DNA from: Bigelowiella natans CCMP2755
Taxonomy: Eukaryota > Protista > Cercozoa
DNA length: 64,000 nucleotides
Direction of reading: 5' to 3'
NCBI GenBank assembly: GCA_000320545.1
Contig: ADNK01003452.1
Location: 6,101-70,100, forward strand
Positions 1 to 14,439 of the stretch are shown here, one piece after another (position 1 is the first letter of the stretch; every line of letters begins with the position of its first letter). The position numbers were made by a program, and so were the translations under genes. Below the pieces are notes generated by a model. That model was given only the letters and a program-made list of their open reading frames with translations, had not been told where the DNA came from and searched no databases.

Positions 1-1038
1 CTACTACTACTACTACTACAACCACTACTGCCACTGCTACTACTATTTCCTCTATGAACGTTTTGCCTTGTGACGATAACAGAATGTACAGTTGATAATA
101 CAACAATTGCATTTAATGTCGCATCAAAACACAATCTACTCTGTGGTATGATGCATGCTCAATGATCTACAAGACCTCCCCTCCCAGCACGCCTCTCGCC
201 TCAGGAACGATGGCCCCGCACAGGAGCATGATAAGCCAGATGGTGGAGAACAGCTGAGCCATGCAGCAAGGGTTTGATGTGAGAAGGGCATTCCAATATA
301 TATACCCACTCGCGTATACCCTTGGTCAGGTGCGCGTGCGTGTATTTTTCACACGTCTTTCGATAGATGCATCGATATTATGTGTGTGCGTGTGTGTACG
401 TGCTTTTGTGTGTGTGCGTTTTATCAGATTTACAGGGTGTTTCTACATTCGCGTGCAAGCGAGGCTATTTAGTCGCTCGATATATCAATCATCGATGAAA
501 GTAGATATCAAACACGCTAGTCACCGAGATGATAGAGCTCAAAACACAGCATATCCGCAACCAGTTCCCTTGGTGCCTTTGAGGGCGCAAACGGCACACG
601 CACAATCAAACATGTTTAAAATGGACATCGTGATGAAGCGATACGCTCGCAGTAACGACGAGTGTTTTGTTTGCCAACCTGCCTGTGCGAGTGTGCGTGT
701 ATGGTGTATGTATGTATTGTGAGGATTTAATGTTCTCATCATGCCTTCATAATGTTCCCAAAATACCACTTTGCCATTGCATATGTAGATTTAATTTGCA
801 ACACTACTACGAGTCTCCCTTCCTCTCTGTATATCCGTTCCCCCCCCCCCCCCCCCCCCTTTTGTCCTTCATATGCACATATCCATCACTCACTGTAAAA
901 GAGCTGCCCCCACCGGGAAGATACCTTTGGCAATGACAAAACAACGGTTAAGTACATAAATAAGTGATTATATGAATGTAGAGTAGGGAATTTATACACT
1001 CTTCATATCACAATGTACATTATATATTGAATATATAC

Positions 1039-1070
<32 letters not shown>

Positions 1071-2144
1071 CACATATCATATGGTTATCTCACCCGCTCC
1101 AGCCTCTCTTCGCGTGATGTGGATAACAGCTGCAAAAGGCCGACGAAAACAGCATAATCAGCAACATCGTCATGACGGTATTATTAGTAATCTATATCCC
1201 ACATAAACTACAATAGAAAGATCTTCCCATCTCCCCCAACCCCTACCCCCCCCCTCTCGCAAATGAAAAATTAAGCTATTTGCAGAGAAACTGTGAAAAT
1301 AACACATACATACCCACACGCACACACACACACACACTCACTCACAAAGAGAGAGAGAGAGAGAGAGGGAGAGATAGAGAGAAAGGCTATCATGATATCA
1401 CACAGCTTTAACGTGTAATAAAAAAACACATGTGCATACATACTGCATTAATATACTAAAAGATATAGTCTTAGTCATCATTGTACCCGTTGCGAACAAG
1501 CTCACAGCAAGCGCAAGAAGAACCATGTAAGGTAGGCGAATGCCAGCAACCTAAGTTAATATTCGGTTTTTAAAAACGGCAATTCGTCCTTCAAATTGCT
1601 TGGCTGAGAGCTGCCTTCCTCCACCCTTCAAAGAGCCCCAGAGGTTCATTGGGATGCTAGGAATGCTAATTCTATGCGTGTGTAGTGCTAGTTGTGTGCG
1701 GCAAACAATCATCCTATCACACCCAACCAACGCACTCTTGTACCGCTGCTGAAGCCACAAAGAAAGCTGCAAAAACAGAGAAGAAAGAAGAAATCAGGGT
1801 TTCGGATAAAGGTGGGAGGAGGGGGGGGGGGGGGAAGGGAAGGAATAAACAAGAGGGAAAAGCATAGGTCCAAGAAAAGCCTCACGGCTTTCGATGCATG
1901 CAGTGAATACCTGGCGCTATTCGCAAAAGCTGTTGCGATGGACATCTCTATCAACCGAGAGCAGGACCAAGAGAGAGGGGGGAGGGGGGGGGGGAGATAG
2001 AGCAGAAATAACAAATGATTTTTTATGGGAAGATGAAGAAGGCATGTGTGAGGACAGTTGTGCGATTGTAGCCATGGGGTCAAAGCGGGGAGGGGGTGAA
2101 GGAGAGGGGGGCGGTGGGTTAGCTGCGTGTAGCGACTCAATGTA

Positions 2145-2175
<31 letters not shown>

Positions 2176-3531
2176 CGATGGATATATGCGGCGTTGTGTA
2201 TTTTTGGCCACATCGAGTTGTGATGTACTGCGCGGCTGGTGCGTAGCAGATTATGCCTGACCTTTTTGGCTACAAAGTAGCACTTCTCCCCCTTGTACGA
2301 AGGCCTCTTGGTAGGACGAGAGGTTGGGATGGGCGTGGGGAACGCTGTCGGGGCTGCATGGATGATTATCGGTAGTAGCGTGGAAGAATGATTAGTGCAT
2401 GGATTTCTTATTGCCATATATGCGTGTGTGTGTGTGTGTGTGTGCGTGTGTGCGTTTGTATATATGGTTACGCGTGTGCCGAAGGCATGATGATAAGTAC
2501 CTTTTGTCGGGGCCTTCGTGGGCTTCTCCGTCGGTGCTGCGGGGATGATATCAAGAAGCATCAAGACAAGTGACGTACGATAATAAGGCTATTTGTCTGT
2601 TTGGTACAGTGAGGATACGAGGTATTGAAACTCTCTGTGCGCCGCTACTGTCACTACCACTACTGCTTAACTGCTACTACTACCACGATCGTACCTCTCG
2701 TTGGGTCTTTCGTCGGTGGCTTTGTGGGGGAAGGAGTAGGGTGCTGAAGGCAAAGATAACAAAGCGCAAACCGCGTCCAATTATTAATCGAAGTAGAGTT
2801 ATATCTTATATTTGTGTAACACGAGCATCTTTGCCCTTCCCCCCCCTCCCCCTCCCCCTCCCCCCTCCTTTCCCCATCCTACACAAAACATTTCCCTTTC
2901 GCACCTACCTTGGTGGGAGCGTGCGTTGGCCAGTCTTTACCTGAGATGAGAAATATCATTGTTTTCTTCATTTGTGGCGGCGCAGGGCATCTTTTTGTGC
3001 CGTATATTCCTTCACCCACTGCAGCTATTAACCGAATCAACAACAGGCTGGTAATCGCACTTTGCTAGCTGTACAACGCACACTGGATTTACACTAATCG
3101 ACGTTCGGGGCAGGGTATTAGCAACATCGATGCTCGAGCTGCAGTTCCGAAAGAGAATTTGGTGATAAATATACTGTATTGTGTGTTGATGTGTGTGAGC
3201 AGTAGTTTGTGCTTTTTTCGAGACGCTGGACGCTATGATCAAACTCTTTAGTGTAGATATGAGATGTTTGGGAATTGGAGAGGGTATTACACACTGCAGC
3301 AGCGTGCGTTAAGTCCAAGGATCTTTATATATCACACACATCCATATCACCATCATTGTCCCATTTACCATCGCTTTCGTGTATCGTCATCATCATCATC
3401 ATCATTTATCATCATTTATCAAAGTCAATGGCCCCTTCTGTCGGCGTCTATAGTAAGAGCAGGTAACATCACACGCAAAGAACGCCACTCCATTGCATTT
3501 CTGCTCTACACGCTTGTGAATGGGAGGCAGA

Positions 3532-3578
<47 letters not shown>

Positions 3579-4042
3579 GAGGAAGTTCTCAACAACGATG
3601 AGTTGATGCAGGTGGCAATCGCCACTGCTCATCACGCCTGGACAACGCAATGAATCGTTGTTCGGTATACAACTACACGAAATGCCCAACCACCTTCTCC
3701 AGTTTGCACAGAGGTAGGAAACCTGAATCAGTAACCGCCATAAAGCGAATCGTCACATGGGCATTTATTACATATGATATTTATAATCCAATCGTCATTA
3801 TAGTCATCTCCGCCACTGAACATAAAGCAATTCCGGAACGTACCGGTGGCGCGCAGCAGTATCTGCAGGCAAACCCTGCGATGCAGTCCCGTCCACTCCC
3901 TTGAGCTGAGTGTTCAATGATACGATGATCACCACGGGAAAGGAGGGGGGGCGGGGGGGGGGGAGGGGGGAATGGGGTGCATCCAGCTTTCTCTCCATAT
4001 GATAATGGCTAATTCGCTACGTTGCAGAGATGTGATGATTGT

Positions 4043-4122
<80 letters not shown>

Positions 4123-5583
4123 TATGTATGTATGGATTATGAAATGATCATGTTAGTGGTTCGTTTGGGATTACAATTGACTGCTTGTCCAATGTGCGCA
4201 CACGAAAGGTCATGATAGGAACCTTCAGTAACACAAATATCAACAGAGAATAAGTTTCACATAAAGGCAGCATGACGAATGGTCGAAATATGGTAATGAT
4301 CAATCGTATCTTCAATACTTAGACACTGGGGAATGGTTGTGCGTGCATGTATGAATCGTATATCATCCGTGTCGTCGTTGCCGAATGATGATGTTGTAAG
4401 ATGTGTTGTAAGATGGTCAACTTTGTCGAGCGATAGGATCCCCCGGCCAGTGCCATCCTGTTGTATATATATGAGTACTTTATTATCTTGTGAGTGCATC
4501 GGAAAATGAAGGTTCAATAGGTTCAGACCCTACATCAGATTTTATCGTATTTAAACTACTTCTTCTAAGGTTACAGCTATGAATGTAAGCGTGTGTGAAT
4601 GTGTGTGTGTGTGCGTGTGTGTGTGCGTGCGTGTTTTGCGAACGCACGGCAGCAATCATTGCCCCCTGTGGCGCAATCTGGAGAGAAGTTTGCCGGTGGA
4701 GGGCCAGTGTGTACGGGTAGCCATGTTGGCGGGGCCGTCTGTTTCGTAGTATTTAATAGAAAAGGACATAATAAGCGTGATGATACGCACGCACAGATAT
4801 GAACGTATACGCACCACCCCAATTCGAAACAATACGGCTATGCTGTTTCTCAGAAGAAAACAACAACCTTTTTTTCCTTGGCGAGTACCAGTTCATCGCC
4901 CGTTACGTTTGCGACAGAAGAGAAACCAAGAGGCTCAGACTCATTGGAAAGCAGCTCTCGGGGAGGAGCATTAAGTCGAAACGATATCAATAGAATAATG
5001 AGTCCCCCCACCGTCAAACCAAGAGCAATGCCGTTCCAACTTGCCCCCTCACGCGATCGCCGTGTACGGCAGGGGATGTGAATGCTTCCATACATTCTAT
5101 GTGCTCCTCCGTCAGTAGAGAGAAAAGGGGGGACGGGCAGTTCCGGCGAGCGAACGTTTCGAATCTCTTTGTTTTCCACGAGAGTTTAGCTATCGCTACG
5201 GAGAAATCGCCTGGATTCTCGAAAATGATAAAATCCAGCGCAAATCCACGACGATTTTTAAAGCTCCGACAAGTATTTTTCAGTTAGAGCTTGTGTAAAA
5301 AAGGCACCCCTTCTACGACTTCTCTATTGAGTTTTCTCTTGGCTTCGTAGTCTGTCGTCGCCGAATAGTTACCAGGTGTTTTCCTGATTTATTTTTGGTA
5401 AAATTGTTGACTTCACTGGGAACTTATCATTGCGACAACGGTTGGTTTACACACATTTTCCCCCGATACTACCGGGTGAAAGGCCGTTGTTTTCTGCGAT
5501 CTGCGATGCTTCACGGCCCGTGTCTGGTGTAGCAACGTGAAGGACAAGACGCTCTCGTCCTTCACGTCTCCAAAACCCGACAT
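1..5583 (-). CDS. Multi-exon gene (possibly two) encoding an unknown membrane protein with a Pro/Thr-rich region; probably runs off the window start
   Basis: Minus-strand coding-like blocks between GT-AG microsatellite introns: MSGFGDVKDES (ATG 5583), hydrophobic GIALGLTVGGLIILLISF (~4980-5030), Cys-containing exon TAPPTWLPVHTGPPPANFSPDCATGGNDCC, PT repeats APTEKPTKAPTK and APTAFPTPIPTSRPTKRP (2300-2545), further hydrophobic segments below 1900. Full exon chain not resolved. Confidence 0.45.
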
Positions 5584-6227
5584 GCCTGCTCGGATCACAA
5601 GAGAGTGGTCCGTTTGCGATTGTTAGAAACTGTAGGAAATGAGAAGAAAGGGGAAGAGGAACAGGAGAGAGGAGAGAGGGAGAAGCAGGATAAATAAAAA
5701 GGGGTTGGGTTTGGGTTGAGAGCCCGTGCTATTTCTTAACCTATATTGAATAGTCAACTTCTCGGGATGAAACAGCTTACTACCTGTCGTCTTTTTATAG
5801 ATTGATGAGGACCTGTGGATATTGTGATGAGTAGTCTTCACTAAAGGGGGATGAGAAACAAGAGTAGACATTGAGAAAATCAAATTCGTGAGATGCGCGC
5901 ATTCAAAAGCATTAGTCGCTGCAGTAATAATTTCATCAAGATACATGAGTGGCGTGCCGCTATAGCTCTAACCAGCTTCAACTCGTTGTGGTTGAAGCAC
6001 ATACATGTAAATACAAAGCAATGAATGATGCACTATATAGCCTACAGTGCCTTGCTAGCTTGGCGGACCTCAAAGGATTAAGCTGGATCATTAGTTTTTA
6101 CACTTTAGAATCATGCGACACTGATATCATTTGTTCAATCATGTTTAAATGTAGATTAGAGCATAAGCATGTAGCATCGAGACTTCGTTGTTTGCTTGTC
6201 ACGTGCCAACATTCAAGCAGACGCCGA

Positions 6228-6917
6228 TTAAGATTTCTTGGTGTCACTATTAGCTTTTGGCGGCTTGAACTTTCTTGCGAGTATGTAGGTTTCCACACTT
6301 TCTGACCGCGTGCCTTTTGGTTTTATGCAACGAACTACCTGGTATCTATCTCGACAACGTGACAGCACCCCATCAAACGAGCCTCCTTGAAAGATCTTTA
6401 GTAGCACAGAGCCCTTGGGCTTGATCTATCATTGCATGCATACCTCATCACGACAACATAATGAAACGCGAAGGGGATAAATCGAAAAAGTAGTTCTAAT
6501 GCTTCCAGGATAAACTACGAACCATAAAATACAAATCTCTGCAGGAAGAAACACATTCCAATTCTATTGACGGCTAGCCACTGGAGTGGACTACTCGGCG
6601 CATGATTGAGAATCAAGCCATACACGCGTTTTACAGCACCTACCAAGTCCTCCGCTAAGTCTAATGCCCGCATGCATAGATCACAAGATCGATCTGAATC
6701 AAGGCCCTGAGATAGTAGCATGTATGCAAGCAAGAGAGAGATCATAGCTTCGTCTTATTTTGTAGTTTGATTCATCTGGAGAAGGTACTCAAATGGTTCG
6801 AATTATAGAATGATATGCTTCTAAGTACAGAGAATGCATACTCTTGCCGTATTACCTTTATGCCGGACGTTTTGGGTGCCATATCGCTTATAAGCACGTC
6901 AAAGCTCTAAGATATTC

Positions 6918-6962
<45 letters not shown>

Positions 6963-7056
6963 TGATATCATATGTTTGTATATATGTATGGTATTTATTT
7001 TTTGTAAGATAATAATGTACCCCAAATATATACAAATAATGCACATAATATTTGTG

Positions 7057-7112
<56 letters not shown>

Positions 7113-7447
7113 TGTGAGTGTGTGTGTGGTAAAAAGAGAAATTGAGAAACAGAGAGAGAGAGAGAGAGAGAGAGTATACGCATGTTTGTATGCGAGTTTC
7201 TCTCTCTCTCTCCGTATGTACATATGTATGTATATTCTTTTTTTTAATATTTGATTTCCTCGTCTCCGCAGAGCCTTTCCATCCCTTCTTCTCTTCCCCT
7301 CTACCTTTCCAACGCCGTTTTCATTCGGGTCAAAGTCGTAAATATCGCCCTTGAAGACAGAAGCATAAGCAAAGACATAGTTAGAGGTACAATTATAGAG
7401 ATACTTGCACAGTATCCATATATTATATGTATTGTGCATATAATATA

Positions 7448-7485
<38 letters not shown>

Positions 7486-7527
7486 ATATTCCAATTACGA
7501 TAAAGCGGTTGTGCGTTTGTGTCCTTT

Positions 7528-7564
<37 letters not shown>

Positions 7565-9510
7565 TAAAAAAGAAGAAAGAGAGAGAGAAAGAGGGGGGGG
7601 CGGGGAGAGAAACCATTTCCCGCTATACCTGCATTGTAAGAACATGAGGAATGGCCTGTATCTTCGGTCCGCACTCCGTCAAATCGATGCCCATTACAAA
7701 TCCTTTGCGCGAAACCATGGGTCGGAAAATGAATAAGCAGTATCACAGAAAATATTTTGTCAATTCCATCATGGTAAGTTTCAATCCACTAAAAGGTCTT
7801 TCAGTCTACAGCAGCAGCCGGCCACACGTATTGGGAGACACAGAGAGAATGAGTAGAAGCGAGAGATGACAAGGAAACAGTAAAGGGTTATAATGCTGCA
7901 CTAAGAAAACCCACGTGCATATTCACATCATCGTTCTTCAGTTATTAACGTCCTAAGATGCTCTCTTCTTGCTTCTCCATTTGCTCACAGATTGCACCTT
8001 CTGAGCCTACACGTTCAGCTGCCAATTGAGTCCAACTCCTACAAAGTTTGGGAGATATTTAGGCTTTCAATGATAATTAGTTTTTTTTAAGTATGTTTTT
8101 TATTTATTTATTTTTTGTTTGATTTTCCGTGTGACGATGACTGTAATTCGAACACGTGGAATTGATAGGCTGCAGCGGCAATATATTGCCCGCCTTTGTG
8201 TTGTTTGAAGCGAACAAGTTGCTGGTTCGGGAGAAGGGGTTGGTTGTGTAAATTAGATCATCTACCCCGGAGAGCAGCCCATGTCAAAGACTCGTGCACT
8301 GTAAAGGAAACATTGCAAATTAGAAAAAGTGATCATAGGTTGTGCGCACGTATATAGTTATATTTTCATCGATAAATTCGACTGTTATTCCTCCTAACTT
8401 CCTAGTTCTACTGATACTTCCGCGAATACACAACTCACCCCCTGGAGAAGATGTTGAATTTGTCATCTATCTCTTGCAGTTTATACACGGAGCGGGCGAG
8501 ATAGCCTTCAGACTGGATATGTGAAAATGTGAATAAATGAGAAGCCATTCACCCTAAGATACATGCAAATCCGTGTACATCTGCAGCATCCCAAAACCTG
8601 GATAATATAGCTATATTCCCAAATAATATTGCGGGAAAATTGAATCGATTTCATTGAACCTTGGCTTGCCTAGAATAGTGATCCAAATACTTGCGATTTT
8701 TGGGGTCTGCTCCTCGAGGGGGGGCAGACTTCTGTGTTACTCTCTTTCCCTGTCAATAGCCACACATTGAGGCGTTTTTTAAAATGATATGTACGTATGT
8801 TTACCCCATTACTTCCCCTCCTGCGCTTGGCTCCTCCTCCTCCTCCTCCGCTTCGACTTGCTTTCAAAGAGTATCCGAGTGGTGAATAAACGAAGGTTTG
8901 ATCACAAATTGTTGCTACATGAATATACCAAAGCAGCGGAGGGCCCTGCACGACGGTGTCCTAAGCACACCCTTCCGCAAAGGTTTATTCACCCTCGTTA
9001 GTGCTGAAATAGTCGCCGTCCTATTGAATTTAGATAAGAATGCAAACGCGGCAAATAGTAGGGTACAATCTGCTTACCAGCACAGGGCAGCCATCACCCG
9101 CATCACCGATATTAAGTCTTAACTCTTCTGAAAAATAAAAGCAATCAATAGATCCCATGCTAACATTGAAATGCGACATCAATTTTAAACCAATGTTTTA
9201 TGTCGTTCTTATGTCTATCGGCTATCGAAGAAAATTTTCAAGTTAGATCTACCTTGAAAGCAGTTGAAATATGTGTTCAGCTTCCTTTTCTGGGGAAACT
9301 TACGTCTTTTTAATTTATGTGGAAAAAATAAATATCGGGAACATGACAGCTGGTACAGATTGTTTCTTAGACCTTTTGGATTGAAATCATAATTGTAATA
9401 TTGACGCCTTCTAAATACCGCCTTGTTCCATAAGTAAAGCCAAAATAGTGTGCATCCTCAGAATCTCACAAAGAAAGGTATCACCATTTATTGTTTTCGA
9501 AGAACGAGAT
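6228..9510 (-). CDS. RlmE/FtsJ (RrmJ/MRM2-like) rRNA 2'-O-methyltransferase, multi-exon, with N-terminal extension (probably organelle-targeted)
   Basis: Exons give family motifs in order: GYLARSVYKLQEIDDKFNIF (~8450-8510), ARVFDMGCSPG|SWTQLAAERVGSE (8265-8300; 8000-8038), GFVMGIDL...MQ|GDIYD, DVLISDMAPKTSGIK (~6856-6900), DRSCDLCMRALDLAE, GSVLLKIFQG (~6385-6416), IKPKGTRSESVETYILARKF; stop TAA at 6230-6228. Start uncertain. Confidence 0.88.
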
Positions 9511-9801
9511 CCATATATTTTAATGAAGGGCGAATATACATATTATTGTATAATTGATTATGTCGCTTTATAAAATTACAATACGTTGTTTAATATAAAC
9601 AAAATATGTTACCCAAAGTTGTGTCTGATTATTGCAAAGGAGGCACAAACGAGAGATACCCTTGAGACCCCTCTCCCCATTCCTCTCTTCATTTAAACCC
9701 GAGAGCTAACAGTCACTTGCAGCTGGAAACGACCGGGTTGCGGCAAGCCCCCGATACTCACAACGTCAGACTCACGCCCCCCACCCGCGGACCAAGAGAA
9801 G

Positions 9802-10551
9802 ATGAGTCGCATAGTTGATTGGCCAGGTCTAGAGGGCTTTGGCGCCGTTATTAAAGGAGGACCCTTTCCAACTAATGCGACCAACTCTGCCGGCAACGGT
9901 GCCCCGGTTTCAAACGCCCTCGTTGTTCCTAAACCCCCGATGGGGGCAAGCGCAGCGACAACGACTAGTGAAGGTATTGGAAAATTCCTTTCAGTGACAT
10001 ACTGTTGATTTCATTCCAACGATTCACGCCACTTACCAGGCACAATGTTTGAGGATTTCGAGAGGAAGATCACAAATGACCCTGCCGCAGCTTTCCGGTC
10101 ATTCAGCCTCAAGAACAGGACAGAAGCGATACGCCTGCTAAAGGAGGCGGACGAAGAAGACACGTAAAAAGAAACATTAATCGGCTCAGATCATTGCATC
10201 AGACTCATCATTTTTCGTTTTAAAACAGGGAAGATAACATCGCTCAAAAGTTGCAGCAACTCTTTAATAATCTCACCGAAGAGCAACAGCGAAAGTACCA
10301 TCCAGTGTCGAATAAGCGAGTTCGCGTCCAACGCCAGGGCATCCCATCCAGCGTTTTCGGCTCGGAAAAGTTTGACGTAAGTGAGTTGAAGACGCAATCT
10401 GGGTAGTACCTTCTAGCCAGATTACTTGATTCATAACCGCGTTTTCAGCATTGTTGCAGTCTCTCCTGATGAAGATCTGCATTAGTTCTCTAAAAGCGAT
10501 GATGATGATGATGATGATGATGATTAGTGACGATGGTGATTACTAACGTGG

Positions 10552-10594
<43 letters not shown>

Positions 10595-11359
10595 CACTTT
10601 TCTCAGAATTATAATGAAGGGAGTGGATAAGCTCTACGGAATGGGCGTTGCTGTCACGATGGCAATGGCAGTCAAGAAGACCGGGAAAACGTACAAATAC
10701 TTCCCCGAAGAACTCGGGGCTGATCGTGATGTGATGAAGAGCCTCGATCAGCACCTCCTCCAACTTCAGTATGCACTATGGGATGAGAAAGACCTCGGAG
10801 GCCTCACGATGAGGGTGCAAGATTCGCATAGAGGAAGGTCGTACCCTTGCATCAAGAGGAGGGGGAAGGGGGGGAGGGGGGGGGGGGGGCTAGCTGGGGG
10901 GTGAAGGAGGAGCATCAACAGACGAAATGCAAATGAATATTTGAATATTATCGTAGAGCATCATCGATGGGTTCTGCAAGCAAGGGCACTTGTAAGAGGA
11001 AGCTCGCGGATCTTATTAGACCTAAACTCGAATCGCTCCTTGGGGGTGCAACGATATCATGGAAGAAACTGCAGAGTAATAATGTCAAGATTTATAGAGA
11101 AATAGTGCTTAAATGAATACATCATGTAAATCTTAAATATACATAAACGACACACACACACACACACACACAAACACATATTCTAATATGGTGCTTGTAT
11201 ACAACGAACACAGCTGGCCAAATGAAGCTGCTGGGTTGGCCTCTCAAGGACGCTAACGGCAAGGACAGATATCCGACGCGCTTCTTCGACCTTAAAATCT
11301 CCGAAATGAAGAGCATTCTCGCAGTGATCGACGGCTTGGCAGTTGTTGACCAAGGTGTA

Positions 11360-11399
<40 letters not shown>

Positions 11400-12462
11400 T
11401 GTGCATCCATCCATCCACGATCAACCAACAAACACCCCACAATGGAAGCTATTTGTTTGCTTTGATGCGGTAAACCCACCAATCCAAGACGCAGTGACAA
11501 ATCATTACTCGTCGGGTTGTGGAGTATATCCCCACCCCCCCCCTTCTCCTAGATGTTGCCACCTATCTTGACGGAAATTGTCATCATCCTCATTATCCAT
11601 TATATGCGTGTACTCGTAGAGCCTGAGGGGCAGCACGTGGTGACGATCGTTCAGAATCACATCGCACGCATCATCGAGACGTACGAGGAGAAGCACAGAG
11701 AGAACAAGGAGCTTGCAGGCTACTTGCTCAGGCTCAAGGCCGGTGTCTCTGTGGCTGCTGCAGCGGATCATTCACTCATGGTTCCCCGGATACCGCCCCC
11801 TCCCCTCATGCCACCATCAGCTACGAATGATACAGGGACGGTACCAAGCGCAAGAGGTACTTCGCAAAGCACAATTAAAGCTTATTCGATAACCACTCAA
11901 TGCTATTACTATATACCCCTGAATGGCAATACACGCTATGTGAGGACGCGAAGGGGTTGGGGGGAAGCCGGGGGGGGGGGGTGGAGGGAATTTAATAGTA
12001 GTGAAATGAATCATGACTACTTTTGAAAACAAGTTGCTCTTGCGAAATGAAAATCTAGCAATGGTACAACTCCAGAGTAATATATACATATAAATGTATA
12101 TAAATATAAATATATACTCTTTATCAGACGGAATAATGGACACCGCGAATGTAGCAGCGGCTGCTGCTGCTGCTGCTGCTGCTGTCTCTGCACAATCCAG
12201 CACCTCCACCAGCGCTGGCGTGGCCGCGGCTGCAGCAGCAGCTGCTACCACGTCAACAGGAGCCGTGGTCCCACCTCCGCCTCTCCCCCCCCCCATGAAT
12301 AACGGAGCTGTTGGAGTCGTACCACCGAACCCAGCGAGAGGAAATGGCTCGAATCCTGTACCAGAAGCATCTTCCACTCACCAGCACCAGCAGCTGAAAA
12401 TGGATGTCGATGAGGAGAAATCTACGCATCTGTCTGTTGACCCGTCATCATCTACGTCATAA
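9802..12462 (+). CDS. Multi-exon gene, unknown protein with Ala/Pro-rich C-terminus
   Basis: ATG 9802 MSRIVDWPGLEGFG..., GT-AG introns giving exons GTMFEDFERKITNDPAAAFRSF, EDNIAQKLQQLFNNL, MKGVDKLYGMGVAV..., LLGWPLKDANGKDRYPTRFF, EPEGQHVVTIVQNH...; last exon in ORF 12094-12462. No family recognised. Confidence 0.7.
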
Positions 12463-12699
12463 AGTACGGAGCTAAGTCCTCCTCTGCAAGAAAAGGCAAT
12501 GACGCTATATGAGAAAGCCTTGTGGCGGTTTGGCGACGGCAATCATTATGGTGGTTCTAAAACAGGGCAAACGTTGCCTAATTAGATTGGCTTGTTGGAA
12601 CGATAATCTAAGAGAATAGATAGCGGCGGGGGGGAGTAACGAGTGGTCCTGCTACTGATTTTGAACTGTAATACAAACTCTTGATTCTTGCAGTGTCAC

Positions 12700-14200
12700 A
12701 CTACTTGATGACGCAAGCTAAGTAGCTAGGTAGCCCGCTGGTATAATGATGGAATTGGCCGCGCATGAATATGTGATGTCTTCATATACATGCTGGTTGT
12801 TGTCACATTGATACGATCAGCTACGATGCGACGCTAACTAACGCAAACCCTAACAATGGCGCAGTGTTCTGTTCGATAAGGTGTTGTTTTGACGGCGCTA
12901 GGAGTAAGCTAGCTAGCTGCGACGTACATTGCATCATGCATTTACACAATAGCTGCTAGCATGCTATTATTTTGTAGCTAAAAGATGTATAGAAGCATCG
13001 ATCTACGTCGTACTAGCTGCGCCTTGCTAGCCTGGTTAAGCTAGCAAGGCTAGCTAGCTAAAAGGACACAATGCACTAGCTACTAACTAGCTAGCTAGCT
13101 AGAGGCAGCACATCTAGACATGCAAGAGCTAGAAGTCAACTGCCAGCAATGATAGCACAGTCAACATGCTAGCATGCAGTGCAATGACCACATGCTAGCA
13201 TGTCAGATCGACACAGCGCATGCATGCATGTCCATCATTGTTCCACTACTAGCTAGCCGCCAGACTGTAGCTGTCTTGCAAAGCATGTGCAATGTGCTAG
13301 AATGAGCCATTCTAGCATTCCTCAGCTTCATTGCGACTGTCACAGTGCACAACTAGACAGCTAACGCCGGACGCACAGCAGTCTAGCAGTGTATTCACAT
13401 GCATGCCTAGCTAGATGCTAGCTAGCATGCCAACGAACATGTTTCGACCACGCAAGCTAGCAAGGTCAGAAGGCTTTGCTAGTTCAGTAAATTGAGGTTT
13501 GCAAAACTGTTGTTCCAGAAGCCTGCGCTAGCTCGCTAGCCACAGCAGATGTCTACTTGCTAGCTAGCTGTGTGCATCGCATGCATGACGACAAGCACGT
13601 CTCATTGCCGTGCATGCGCACGGTGCACGGCAATGACTGTGAACGTCGATTGCATGAACGCCCGCGTCGAACAATGAGAAAAAGTTAGTGAATGTGCACT
13701 TGCAATTTTGCGCTGCATTAGTCATTTGTTTTGTTGCGTGTGCATGATCTAGTTGTTGCTGGCACGGCAGGTTCATCGTGCGTTGCACACAGCGTGCATG
13801 TCTGGATGTGAATCATCAATCACCCATCACTAGATCTGCAGATCATTGCATGCTGCGAGCGAGTGCTTGACAGAGTGCATGCAACGCACGCTAGGACGGC
13901 CTCTATCTGTGCGTGATTAAACACCTTCATGCACCTCATTTATGCAAGCCTGTTTAGCTGTGCAATGACGCACAACACACAAATAACTGTGACACTGTGA
14001 TAAAACGAAGTCGACTAACACGTGATGAGAAGGAACCACGAACTACTGCGCGAAATGCACGACATTCCAGACCGAAACAACATGCATTTGATTGCATGAA
14101 ACACACAACTGCTACATCGATCATAGTGGAAACCAAAAAGATTCAACGTTAGCGTTGCAGCCGCTGCATTGCATAGCTACACAAGGATGACCATTGAACA
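12700..14200. other. TpA-depleted, CTAG-rich island 1 (probable hypermutated repeat relic)
   Basis: 13081-13920: hand count about 27 CTAG versus about 13 other TA; abundant TGCA/CATG/GCAC; lacks the long (TA)n/(CA)n/(GA)n tracts of the introns; TA returns gradually at both edges. Confidence 0.75.
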
Positions 14201-14439
14201 AATTTAGTTGATCAATTACATCCGTCTTGTCACTACACAAAACAATTGTAACCTTCATTATAAACTAGAAGGCGGCCTCATGATTGCCGTAAAAAGAACA
14301 AACGGAACTTATACGACGCAGCTTGTTGTCCATATCAACATCCTCAAAGTCCACATACATGTAGCGTGCGCGCACGTACTTATAGGATTTCTCAACACAT
14401 TGAGTCTATGAGCATTCAATTCAATGAAACGAAGTCTTC

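Noticed and set aside
1-5583. Adhesion-GPCR call for the first gene
   Set aside because: No convincing GPS motif or complete 7TM chain could be assembled.
7628-7705. Apparent GC-AG intron donor in the RlmE-like gene
   Set aside because: The exon reads on to a canonical GT (…IQAIPHVLTMQ|GDIYD), so no non-canonical site is needed.
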